DNA of 57,812 nt, the filler included, from Squatina squatina (Eukaryota), in assembly GCA_031763465.1 (NCBI GenBank). It is 4 parts of 4 records of this genome, joined end to end, with 100 filler letters (N's around TTAATTAATTAA, not from the genome) between each part and the next. Parts side by side here need not be neighbours in the genome. Positions count along the whole stretch, not along the records: positions 1 to 15,500 come from JARFOE010000016.1; positions 15,601 to 30,522 come from JARFOE010000189.1; 2 more parts are not named here. One strand, written 5' to 3'. The position numbers and the translations under genes are program-made. Of the stretch, positions 13,322-24,730 are shown in pieces (position 1 is the stretch's first letter; each line of letters starts with the position of its first letter). The notes under the pieces were generated by a model. It made no database searches and was not told where the DNA came from. It saw only the letters and a list, made by a program, of their open reading frames with translations.

Positions 13322-14194
13322 TCAGTCTTCTTCACTGGAATCTGAATCATCTGGTTGAGTTGTATCTTCACTAGTGGATGAAGATGCCGCTTTCTCAGAT
13401 GCATCATCTCCACTATTTTCGTGTGAAGAATTCTGTTCTGTTCCCTCTTGATGTTCTGCTGTCTCTTTTGTAGGCTTGGACATGGTTACATCTGTATTCC
13501 TATTAGTTTGTACATCAAAGATATTGGTCTGAGGGAATCCTGGGATAGGTATGTTAAGGCCTGGAGAGAGTAGAATGCCTGGATAAAGCATGCTGGGCAA
13601 CAACAGTGGATTAAGAGCCAGAGGACTGCTGGGTGTTGCTGAGGCAGAAGCACTTGTGGTTGGTGTAAGCTTCTTCGGAGAGGATGTAGCAGAACTTGAC
13701 ACAGAGATTTCACCACAAACATCCACATTTTGTTTCTCTGTCCTTTCGTTTGTCCCATCTGTTGGTTTGAAGGAGTCTATAGTGCCATTTCCCTTTCTAT
13801 CCTCAGTACCAGTCTCTGAAGGTTTATTTAGTAATCCTCCCATACCAAATATATTTGGTAACCCGGTCATACTAGAAAGCATCATAGGAAACATTGAAGC
13901 CAGGGATTTTGTGTCTCCTCCTGCAGATGGAAGTCCTGCAGGGAATCCCATCAATCCTGCTGTCAGCTGTAAAGATTGTAAATTCTGGAGATTCTGCTGC
14001 AAGCTTTGGAGACTGTTTAGGTCCATTCCAGCAAGAAGTCCATTGGCGACTAAGGGGTTAACAGTCATGGCTGCAGCAGCTGCAGCAGCAGCTTTGGTGA
14101 GTTCACTCTTTGGGCGTCTGCCTCTTCGACTCACCTCCTCTCGAACAACAGGTCCTGTGAGGATTCGGTCAAACATATTTGCTGGTAAATAGCC
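13322..14194 (-). CDS. CHD9: Chromodomain-helicase-DNA-binding protein 9, terminal coding exon
   Basis: Acceptor ttccctag at 14195-14196; GYLPANMFDRILTGPVVREEVSRRGRRPKS...LQQNLQNLQSLQLTAGLMG...PLALNPLLL...DSDSSEED-TGA follows the recalled human CHD9 C-terminus along its length. Confidence 0.95.
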   Translation of the reverse strand, partial: GYLPANMFDRILTGPVVREEVSRRGRRPKSELTKAAAAAAAAMTVNPLVANGLLAGMDLNSLQSLQQNLQNLQSLQLTAGLMGFPAGLPSAGGDTKSLASMFPMMLSSMTGLPNIFGMGGLLNKPSETGTEDRKGNGTIDSFKPTDGTNERTEKQNVDVCGEISVSSSATSSPKKLTPTTSASASATPSSPLALNPLLLPSMLYPGILLSPGLNIPIPGFPQTNIFDVQTNRNTDVTMSKPTKETAEHQEGTEQNSSHENSGDDASEKAASSSTSEDTTQPDDSDSSEED

Positions 14195-14299
14195 CTAGGG
14201 AAGAAAAATCAGCTGTGTTTAATGTTTTGCTAAATTTATATGCAATATATAAGCCAAGACAGCCGTGTTAGATTGCCTACCGCGGGTACAATTCTTTTT

Positions 14300-14640
14300 G
14301 TTTTGACTTCCCTTCTTCCCTTTCCCTGAAGGCATTGGCTCCTGGCTGGCGTCTGGTTCCACAGGTACCAACCAGTCACCCTTCTGAACCTGGGCCTAAT
14401 CCCCATTCTTCATTTGTAAGCCTACGCAAGTAAGTGTCAGACAATTCACAGGNNNNNNNNNNNNNNNNNNNNNNNNNNNNNNNNNNNNNNNNNNNNNNNN
14501 NNNNNNNNNNNNNNNNNNNNNNNNNNNNNNNNNNNNNNNNNNNNNNNNNNNNTGCTGATTCAACACAGACCAGGGACTGAATTTGTGATCTTCTTGTGTT
14601 AATAGCACATCAGGAGGTGAATGTATCCATTCAGCGGTTC
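14300..14640 (-). mobile_element. SINE-like family A sequence on both sides of a gap
   Basis: Head-like part at 14553-14640 (ccctggtctgtgttgaatcagc on minus) and tail-like part at 14300-14452 match other family A copies. Confidence 0.45.
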
Positions 14641-14962
14641 TGATGTGGCGTGTTAAACGGAGTGGTTTGGGGCAGCAGAATATTCTATATCAAGAACAAA
14701 GAGGAACCATCCTGCTTCAGCAAAGCACGACTCATGTCATAATGATAGTGAACACCAATTACAGCAATCATGTAGAAGGTTGGTACCAAAAAACTGACTG
14801 AAGAAAAGCAGCATCAACAAGGCAACGAAAGTAAACAGTGAGATTAAGCAACAAAAATTAAGTTTTACGACACTTCATTCATTTTACAATGAAGCTATAT
14901 TACAGACTTTGTTCCTACAACTTGGTGATAACAATACTGCCAGAAATAAAATGCAGACTTAC

Positions 14963-15379
14963 AGGTTGTAATGATTTGTTCCTGTTCATGAAGAGGATGT
15001 CTAGCCCTTCCACATTCTTTTTCCTTCCTCTTCTCTTTTTAACAATTGGCTGGCCATCCAATAGGATCCCATTTGTACAGTGTCTTGATATCTGCTGAGA
15101 AGTACCTGCTAATGCTGATTTAGGATGAGGGATCACTGTGGAGGCGTTACCAGGTAAATTGGCATTGAATAACACCGAGGATGACAAAGGGGTGGAGCTC
15201 CCAGCTCCCAGTAAAGATTTAGAGAGGTCTACAGCCAACTGCTGGCTGCTGTCAGAAGTAGAATACAAATCATGCAGCTGGGCCATGTATTGCTGCTGAT
15301 CTGAAGTTCCTTCTTCAGTCTCAAGTGCTCTCTTCTGAGTGAACCTTTGCTTCTGAAAAGTTAACTTCAATCCACCTTC
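14963..15379 (-). CDS. CHD9: CHD9 internal coding exon, upstream of the BRK-domain exons
   Basis: 417-nt phase 0-0 exon, taatag acceptor and gtaagt donor; EGGLKLTFQKQ...QQQY...NGILLDGQPIVKKRRGRKKNVEGLDILFMNRNK matches recalled CHD9. Confidence 0.93.
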
Positions 15380-15500
15380 CTATTAAAACAAATGCTAATA
15401 TTAAAAACGACTTTACATTGAAAGATGCCAAATCTACCTTCCCTAACGGAAACCTTATTAGTTAAAACTTAGTAGTTGGAGCTCAAACATCAACTGAATG

Positions 15501-15600
15501 NNNNNNNNNNNNNNNNNNNNNNNNNNNNNNNNNNNNNNNNNNNNTTAATTAATTAANNNNNNNNNNNNNNNNNNNNNNNNNNNNNNNNNNNNNNNNNNNN
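15501..15600. other. Artificial scaffold linker (44N-TTAATTAATTAA-44N)
   Basis: 12-mer at 15545-15556 has stop codons in all six frames; identical linkers occur twice more. Confidence 0.97.
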
Positions 15601-17189
15601 CCTCAACCTCGCCAATATAAAATTCTCATTCTTGTGTTTAAATCCCATCTATCTCTGTCGCCTCCTCCAGCCCTACAACGCTCTTTTTCTCCCCCAGCAC
15701 CCCCCCACCACAGAACTTTTCAGAGTTGCTCGACAGAAACCAATCTTGCAATTTTAAAGTAATTCCTGTGGTCTCGCAGATAGTGTAGACAAGATTGTGC
15801 CAAACATCATAGCGGTGTGAACTACTGTGTGACCTGGAACTCGAGCTCTTGAAACGTGGAAAAGCTGAAGTCAGATTCGTGTCGATATTTGTAGATTACA
15901 TTCCAGTGGTTTTGATGTCCATCCACACACGGATAAGCACCACCGTATTAGAATACTGAAGCTTGTAATGTGGGAGAATAAAGCAGTTTTTATAATTATC
16001 ATGGCAGATGCACCTGATGGAAAGCAAGGTTTGGGTCTTAATGTCGAATTTTTTTCTCAAATGCTCTGATTTAAAGGATTTTCAAAACTGATCCCAGGTC
16101 CGCTTAATTCCCTTTTAATATTGTTCCGAATAATCCATTGGATGCTGCACAGCAGTGATTTAGACATGAGGATGAATTGTGTTGTCTGGTCAGTTTCGCC
16201 ATACAATTCCACACTGTGCCCAGTGTACTATTTGACATAAATATACAATACAAAGAGAGACACCATTCAATCTGGGTTTTCAGGACTTGTGACTCCCAGA
16301 ATGATGTGTGTTCTTTTCTTTTAATGATTTATATAAACAATGCACTTTTATGTAGTGCAGTTGGTCGTTGAAATTGTGCAGAAGCTCACTGTAAAATGCT
16401 ACATCTTAATATTTGAACAGTTATGTTTGAATATCTTCTTTTTCTATTATGGCTGTGAACATTCTAAGAATATATATCAGAATGGTTGAACTATATATAG
16501 TTCATGCCCATTTTTTCATGTTAAATTTAACTGGTTGACGTCAATCATCATGTAAAGTGAAACATGGGTTGAGGCTGACTGAAACTAAATCTAGGCTTAC
16601 AGTGAATAAATGAATATCATTAATACTGAATAACATTAATGCCATTGGATGCATTACACATACTTGAGCCGGCACAGGCATGATAGGCCAAATNNNNNNN
16701 NNNNNNNNNNNNNNNNNNNNNNNNNNNNNNNNNNNNNNNNNNNNNNNNNNNNNNNNNNNNNNNNNNNNNNNNNNNNNNNNNNNNNNNNNNNNNATCAGAA
16801 TATTACAAAGTTCCAGATGATGAAATGGCATTTGGTCCATGGTGCATACTCCACCCAAAGACCACATATGATTATTCTATCCTGTCCCTCCCTCCTCGAC
16901 CTGCTGATCTCCTACTTTAAGGAACACTAACTTCCGCTCTGTACCTCCCCTGAAAAAAAAAGCAGTTCTAGTAATAACCCTATAGCCTTCAAGCTGATTT
17001 CTTAACAAACATTGATCCAAAGCCCCTTTCTCCAAGTCAATTCAGCATGATCACTATACTGTGGATTTTTTTTCCAATCACCTTGCTTGAAGCTTATGAA
17101 TTTTGCATTTGTGTTTTAAAGTCTTTGCTCATTGTCCAAGTTTGATATTTTATTTACTTCAACTCCATCTGCACCAGTCTTTTTCTCAA

Positions 17190-17340
17190 TGAAAATATTT
17201 AATTGTTTCAGCCTTTTTTCATAATTTAGTCACCTGGAATATTCTAGCCCATTCTTTTCCAAGCCCTTTCTACTGCACCTGTAACCTTTTTAAGGTACGT
17301 TGTGCAAAACTGTGCACCATATTTCAGAAGTATAATAAAA
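17190..17340 (-). mobile_element. Highly degenerate CR1 ORF2 fragment
   Basis: Minus strand resembles the L.Y..QF..P.LKK...A.E..Y..RL region seen more clearly at 44268-44480. Confidence 0.45.
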
Positions 17341-17889
17341 CAAAATGGAAGAATTTGAAGTGCCAAAGGTACAATGTTCTATTCGATTTTCTGTACTTTA
17401 AAGATACAGCACACTAATGCTTTACTCGATCTAGAATTGGGAAATTAGTACATTAGGCTCAAATGGAGGCAGGTAGTCAAAATGGTAGATGCCATTTACA
17501 ACTTCTTTTCCATGCTTGTAGCTTTGGTCTGAGAGATCATTATGACGGACTGGATACCTACTCATTTCATTCATATTTAGTTTGGTTCTTTTTCGTTTTA
17601 GGAGAGGGAGAAAAACTCATCGCATGATAAATTAATGGCATTTAAAAAATAGAAAGGGAGGAGGGAATGCTTACATACACCATCCCTATCGCCAATTTTA
17701 GAGTGGCACTGACAGAAGCCTAAGACTAGTTTGCCCACCCGCCCTCTCATCCAGGGATAGTATCAGGAAACAAAGAGGTAAAGGAAGAAAAAAATCTTAA
17801 AAAGAGGAAATTGGGGAGAGAAGAATGAGAAATGGGGTAAATGGGAGGAATAGTGGTTCCTCTATTGATTTGTCCCAACATTTCCAGCA

Positions 17890-18330
17890 GTGGCTCCTCC
17901 TCTGTCCCCTGCACAGTCACTTATGTGCTATTCCAAGGCTTCATCCTTCACTCTGTCCTCTTCCTTATCTAAATGCTACCCCTCGGTAGGCATGAGGGCC
18001 AGCTTCCGTATGCACACTGATGGCACCTTGCTCTGCCTCTTCACCACTTCCCTCGACCCCACAACCAGCTTTGTACTATCCTGTTGCCTGCCTGACATTA
18101 AGTCGTGGATGAGCCAGAACTTTCTCCAATTGAACAACAGGGAGACCAACGCCATCATTCCCAACCCCTGGCAAAAAAAATCCACCCCATTGCCAGCGAC
18201 CCCATCCTCTTGCTTGGCTGCTTGTTCAAGCTGTACGCAACCCTGGCATTCTATTCGACACAGAGATGCGCTTCCAACTCTATATTCCATCCATTACTAA
18301 GACAGCTTACCTCCACTTCAAGTTGAAAAT
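17890..18330 (+). mobile_element. L2-clade LINE reverse transcriptase fragment (degenerate)
   Basis: SFRMHTDGTLLCLFTTSLDP...CLPDIKSWMSQNFLQLNNRETNAI is a decayed FHMYADDTQLYL...CL.DI..WM..NFLQLN..KTE; an L2-like tail follows near 18390-18445. Confidence 0.8.
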
Positions 18331-19479
18331 AAGTTGGGATGGGATATCTATGTAACAACAACAGCCATCTAACCTAATTCATATTATGCAAAGTGCTTTG
18401 AGATGTTGCGATGTGATAAGGGGCTATGTAACTGTGAATGTTGTTACATTTTGTTTAGCGTTTAAAAAGGTGGACTTTGGACCTGACGTTTCAGGATGTC
18501 TATGTAAGTTTTTTGAGTGAAGTGTCTGTAAAACTATTTCGGATAAAGCAAACGTATACACATTCTCCACCTTGGAATCGACATAATTATTTATTGAGGC
18601 TCGGGTCCCAGGTCAGTTATAATGTGGAAAAAATGAAAAAAAGATTGCGAGGAAAGCAAGGTCCAGGTGAAGCAGGTTTATTACGATCTGATGGAAAGTG
18701 ATGCTTGAAAACCTAATGAGGTGTGAATCACGTGTCTTACACGAACAGCTGTTTCCATGGTTTTGGAAGCAGCTACAAAATCACTAGATTACAGCATGTG
18801 GATAAGACTGTGACTGCGTGAAAGTGTTAGTATTGTTAATTAGTGAATACTATGGTTGGATGCTGAACAGATCTCCAGGCTGCTAAAGTGCAGAAGGAAA
18901 TTTTGTCCCTTAACGCTTACTGTTTGGAGGATGCAAATAAAGACTGTGTTTAATGTGCTAATAGAAGGAACATGCTCCAGCATAAGTGCTTTTGTGTGAG
19001 ATTGTCTTTGTGTACTGTGCATCTGATTTAAGTACCATCATTATTGGACCATCTGGAGTTCTCAAACCTTGAACACATTTTGCCAGGCAACCCCCTAGTT
19101 TTCAGCATGACATGTGTGAAAGATTTATTTGCAAATGTATTTTAAATATAAATTAGTTAAATAAAGTGATCTCNNNNNNNNNNNNNNNNNNNNNNNNNNN
19201 NNNNNNNNNNNNNNNNNNNNNNNNNNNNNNNNNNNNNNNNNNNNNNNNNNNNNNNNNNNNNNNNNNNNNNNNNCCTTACTTTTTTTCTCTTCTAATAATG
19301 ACACAGGATTCTTGTGGCGTGTGACTATGGAGGTGGACATGCGGAGACCTTGTTAATGTGATGACAGAAGTGCTGTCAGTTCCATTTTATTCTCAGGAAC
19401 CATGCTAGACTTGGCTGATACTGCCAATGTAGAACTACAATTAGCAACACATTTAGTTACAATGAAAGCCCACAGGCTC

Positions 19480-19526
19480 AAACGCACACGCACATATGCC
19501 CACACACGCGCACACACACATACACA
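19480..19526. repeat. Imperfect (CA)n microsatellite
   Basis: aacgcacacgcacatatgcccacacacgcgcacacacacatacaca. Confidence 0.7.
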
Positions 19527-20805
19527 TGGTCGTCATAAAAAGGCGAGCAATTATCCCCATAAACGATTGGTTGATCTATTTTCTCCCACTCCCTCACTCT
19601 GAGACATTTCTGCCAAGATAGCTCTAAAACATGCCGAAAAAATGGGAATCTATACACATGCCAAATAACATGCTTGCGTTGTTCTTGTCATTCAGATCAA
19701 GTGCTGTAAGTGGAGTTTAGCTGTAAGTGTTTGGGAGTTCCCATTAGGAAATGCGACATTATCTTGCTGTGCAACTCATTATCCCTTCTTCATACGCATG
19801 TAGTATCGCTGTCTTGTTTAATGCTGTTCGTAAATGTCAGCTGATAACCACCTGGAAACTTTTTTTGAATGTGACTGGAAGACTGGTGCCTTTAGGATCG
19901 ATTGATTGATCACCACTGGAACCCGGTCACAGAGAGCAGTCAGGTTGCCATAGATACAGAGCACCCTCTGAGCACGGGATTAGGAAGGTGCAGGATGCAA
20001 TCACTTTCTAAAATTTACTATTCTGCACGCTTTTGCTAGTGCATTGAGGACAAGCAGAGAAAGTTCATACTCTCTATAGGACAGTTGGATAGACATCATT
20101 GGCCAGTGACGAGGCTTGAACCGAGATCAAGAGAGCTCAACTGTTTTGCTGGCAATCACTGTTTAGAATGACCTAATTAAATCTGTAATGGTCTTGTACT
20201 GGATTAACTGCACGTTCACAATCTCACAAGCCATGTTCTTTCCAGGTTACACGACTGCCTATTTATACATTGGCTCTTAAAGCTAACATAAAACGTGCCA
20301 TTGATGTAACTCTACATGTTCTGGAGTTCTTACTCTACACAGTATGAGCTGATCTCTTTTAGTTAAATGATAGGTATGCAAAAGATTACCAGTCAGTGAT
20401 AATAGCAACAAGAGCAAGGAGAAAATGACAGTTACAGAGCTGGCGGCCAAAGACAGATAATGCTGGAATTAAACAGCATGCCAGTCAGCAGGTTATGACA
20501 TCTTGGATGGGTATCCTCAAAGGTAGACATCCAAAGCATCGTAACCTGCTATTTCACTTAAAAATTCTGACTGACATTCTGTACATTGCCAGCATTTCCT
20601 GTTTTGCCTTCACATTTCCAGCACTTGCAGTCATCCCCTGCTATTTTCCTGGCTCCAGAGGCAATGGTGCAGTGTTCCAGTTAATCGTATTGTGCGGCTT
20701 GTACAATAGTACCTCTGCAGCACATCTAACATTTTGAAGTTGACACTTATGTTTTTTTTTAGTTTTGGGAATGTTATTTAAAGCAGTAATTTAGAAAAGT
20801 TTTCC

Positions 20806-20827
20806 TATATATATATATATATATATA
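20806..20827. repeat. (TA)n microsatellite
   Basis: Uninterrupted TA run. Confidence 0.9.
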
Positions 20828-21018
20828 CACTTCAATTTTGTGAAGTGAATGTAATAGCCCTACCCCGCCCCAGCTCGACTCTGCTGTATAGTGCGACACT
20901 GAGCTACACAGGTGACACTGAGAATCCATGTAGAAAGTGGATCAGCTCTGTAATATCTGTGGGGTCATACCTCAGCATGAGTCATCTTCAGCAGAAGAGA
21001 AATAGGGATGGAAAAGTG

Positions 21019-21225
21019 AATAAAAACAGACAATTCCTGAAGTACACAACAGGACCATAGACTCTGAAGAGAGAAGAGTCAGGTTAATGTTTCAGGCAGA
21101 CAAATATTTTCAGATTAAGGGTCTAAACCTAAAATTTTATCCTGACTTTCCTCCTTTCAGGTATCGATGGGCCTGCTGCCCGTTTCTAGCATTTTCTGTT
21201 TTTAATTCAGTTTTCCAACATTTGG
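21019..21225. mobile_element. Inverted pair of Penelope-like terminal repeats
   Basis: Left arm aataaaaacagacaattcctgaa...gagtcaggttaatgtttcagg pairs with right arm cctaaaattttatcctgact...tttctagcattttctgtttttaatt; related single arms near 44060-44150 and 46325-46392. Confidence 0.55.
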
Positions 21226-21370
21226 GAACATAGAAACATCGGAATTGGTAGAGAGAAAAAGCCCAAGCTCTGTCCAGTTCACCGTCTACCATCTTCGTAG
21301 TCACTTGATCCAATGATAATGGAGTTATTAGGTAAACATGGCAATCAATTAGTCCACAATAGACCCAGAT
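21226..21370 (-). mobile_element. Degenerate LINE-like 3' end fragment
   Basis: Begins gaacatagaaacat (inverted CR1-type tail) and matches 4120-4420 in reverse complement. Confidence 0.5.
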
Positions 21371-21899
21371 GTTGGTTTTTATTTTTAACTGAAGAAAACG
21401 TAGTGGTCAGAGGAAAAATTAAATGATTTCAATCTTGACTTAGCTTCACCTTCTTGCATGCTGCCTCCGGACTGGAAACTATGCTGAGCAGAGTAAAGAT
21501 GCTATTAGATCTATCACATGAGGATGTGTTAACCAGGGCATTTGGTGACATTACAGAGTTCTCGGGGCAGATCGGCGATGCTGGGTCTGGCCAACTGAAA
21601 TAGTCTATCTAAAAAGAAGCAGTAGGAAATTTGGAGATTTGATATGCTTTAGAAGGCTTCATTAGCTGTTGGTATAATCACTATAATAACAGGCTCGCAA
21701 TTCTTCCATCAGTGTGCAATATTAAGGGTAACAGCTTGCGATAAATCATTTTCCACAGGCACTGTCACTGTATTCAGCGCTACAGAATGATTTTTATACA
21801 CCTTGTACGACAGATAATATTACCATCCTGATCAACCCCTCCAGCCGAGCTGAGCGCTCGTCCCGCATACACCAAATCCTAGGCGGAATCTTCTTTTGA

Positions 21900-22229
<330 letters not shown>

Positions 22230-22565
22230 TAAACGGCATTCAAGATTTATTTACCTGTACAGACCCACAGCCTCATTGTTTCAATGATCTTGATGTTCAT
22301 TTCCATGTATCAGTGTAATATTTTGGTTGAGTCTAATGGTAGTAAAATAATAACCAGAACCAAGAGTTCCAATACCTTCAAGCGCTAGATATTCTATGCT
22401 GAATTGTTCCCCCCCCCCCACCCCCGGGAAGCCCAGGGTAGCACCNNNNNNNNNNNNNNNNNNNNNNNNNNNNNNNNNNNNNNNNNNNNNNNNNNNNNNN
22501 NNNNNNNNNNNNNNNNNNNNNNNNNNNNNNNNNNNNNNNNNNNNNAACCTTTTTGTGTTTTGCAG

Positions 22566-22607
22566 CCTGAAAATCTACAAAAGAACTGGCTTCGAGAGTT
22601 TTATCAG
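22566..22607 (+). CDS. INPP5A: Type I inositol polyphosphate 5-phosphatase, exon 2
   Basis: 42-nt phase 0-0 exon, ttttgcag acceptor and gtagga donor; PENLQKNWLREFYQ is identical to recalled human INPP5A and splices in frame to 27901. Confidence 0.93.
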
Positions 22608-23499
22608 GTAGGAATGTTTGCAAAGGGTATTGAAAACTTCCCCTCCTCTACAGCACTGTAGCATTCACCAAAAACAGGAACAATGGGAATTGAATTATTG
22701 AATTCACAACTGAAAAATGTTGTACAGATTATTGGTGTGAAGAAGGGAAACCATAGTCTTATTGCCTTGGCACCGTTTTTGAATGAGATGTGTTGTGAGT
22801 GGAGAACAAATCAGTGTAGTTTAATTGGTAACGCGATGTATTATTATCCTGTAACCTGCTAATGATATTTTCTTTTGACTTCTCCTGAGAGTGTTTGAGC
22901 CCATGATTAGACCATGATCAAAAACATTGTTCTGTTGGAGCAGGCTCCAAAAGGGCAGAGTGTTGTCACTCAGGCTGGAAATGTTGCTCTAAAGCTGACC
23001 TCTTCCAAATTAAACTTTTTCATTCTTTCTATAAACATGCATTGGACTCAGCGAAACTTACTTGGTGACATGACTAAGTACAGCACTATTGCTGTGCTTA
23101 TAGGAGATTTTACTGGTGAGAACTGACGTGCTTAAAAAGACCTTCCCACTGTTATCGAGGTCTATATAAGGTTTGATTTTAAAAAGCTTACTTCACTGCG
23201 CATTAACCAGCGTCAGTATTTGTTCTCTTGTCATCTGTGGCATGTGCTGAATGTAACGTTTCCTGCTGCCCCACAGTTAGAATGCCAAGTCATAATGTGT
23301 TATTATGGTGGTTGGTGGGTGTGTTGTTGGCCACTGCACTGTCTGTGCGGGAATGTCCAAAATTTGATTGGAACATACACATAAAACTGAAATAGTAACA
23401 CGTTTTAAAGCTTGAATTAGTCAGACGATATTTACAAACTCTTTGAGTTTTATACATGGATTAGGATACTGCTCGAACCACTCGGACAGTGCTTCTGTA

Positions 23500-23656
23500 T
23501 CCCCTAAGAGATCCAGTGGCCTTGAATTCGCGCCCTGTGCAAGATGCGCATGCACCCATAGGGACTCCGCAAGTTCCGGGTTTAGGCATGCAAGCGTATG
23601 TACCTAAACCTGGAAGTTGCAATCTGTCAAGAATCCTCCTGAAAGATGGCACACAT
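23500..23656. mobile_element. MITE-like fragment with internal palindrome
   Basis: GC-rich segment running into a gap, with an 18-bp inverted repeat at 23569-23620. Confidence 0.45.
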
Positions 23657-24469
23657 NNNNNNNNNNNNNNNNNNNNNNNNNNNNNNNNNNNNNNNNNNNN
23701 NNNNNNNNNNNNNNNNNNNNNNNNNNNNNNNNNNNNNNNNNNNNNNNNNNNNNNNNATCAGTCTCTTATGATGGAAGTATAGAAAGGTGCCTCCTTGCTG
23801 TGTACTAGGGAAAATAGTCACAAAAGGCTGCAATGCAGTTCAATCATCTGGTTTCTATGTACACTGGCTAAAGGTTTTCCCTTCTTGGCCAGGCCAGTCT
23901 CGGAGGTTAACTAAGTATGTGCAGCAAAAATGCCCATGATTGTTACAGGTGTTGGGTCAGATTTGGTGTCAAATGATTCATAAAATTCGAAGTAAACAGC
24001 ACGGATTGAATACTGAGCAAACGTCAGCCGCGTTTCCGGCAAGATCTGGGCACAATGAGGCATTAAAAGGCCAAGACTAAACAAATGTCAAACACCCACA
24101 CCCAAATTTCACAAACTACATTTTATGTTTTTGAGATTTCAGTTTTAATTCCCCTCCAAAAAATATAAGAACGTCTCACTCTGTTTAGCCAAACTAAACA
24201 GCTAATGCTGATTCTAGTGAAGATGAAGATTGCACTGTATTTCACTGAAATGAGGAGCTGAGAACTGATCTAAGGTATGAGAAACAGCAAGTGCTTTAAT
24301 TAGTTGAGACACAAAACACCACTCTGTGGAATTGTTGGTAAAGTAGTTTTAGCTCTTGGCTGCTGAGACTATCTGCTCTAATAATCTTACCTTTGCAGAG
24401 TTTTAAAGCAATAGTAAGTGAAGTGCATGTGAGAAAGTGTTAGTGCTAATTTACTCACAGTTGGAGCAG

Positions 24470-24730
24470 GTGATATCAGCCGGGCACTGTAGATGGCTCG
24501 AGCCGCACAAGACTCACTAGGGTGAGCACATCAATCTGACTGCTATCCAGCGGTGCCCATGCAAATGTCACTTGGGAGCAGGATTGGGCTAGCCTGTGAT
24601 ACCCTCCATAGCCTGCCAACACTGGATGTTCGCACTACATGGATGCAGTACAAGAAGGCCACCAGCACCTGCAAAAATCCTACCTTGGCAACTGACAGCA
24701 CCTTTAAGGACAAAGGGGAGAAAGGTGTAC
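24470..24730 (+). mobile_element. SINE-like family A copy
   Basis: tgatatcagccgggca...gggctagcctgtgat...tagcctgccaaca...cagcacctttaaggacaaagggg shared with 2455-2790 and 14300-14452. Confidence 0.45.

Noticed and set aside
13590-14192. 200-aa plus-strand ORF
   Set aside because: Antisense shadow of the CHD9 terminal exon; no independent similarity.
15545-15556. Periodic TTAATTAATTAA as a biological repeat or CRISPR-like unit
   Set aside because: Always centred in exactly 100 nt with N flanks; a synthetic linker.
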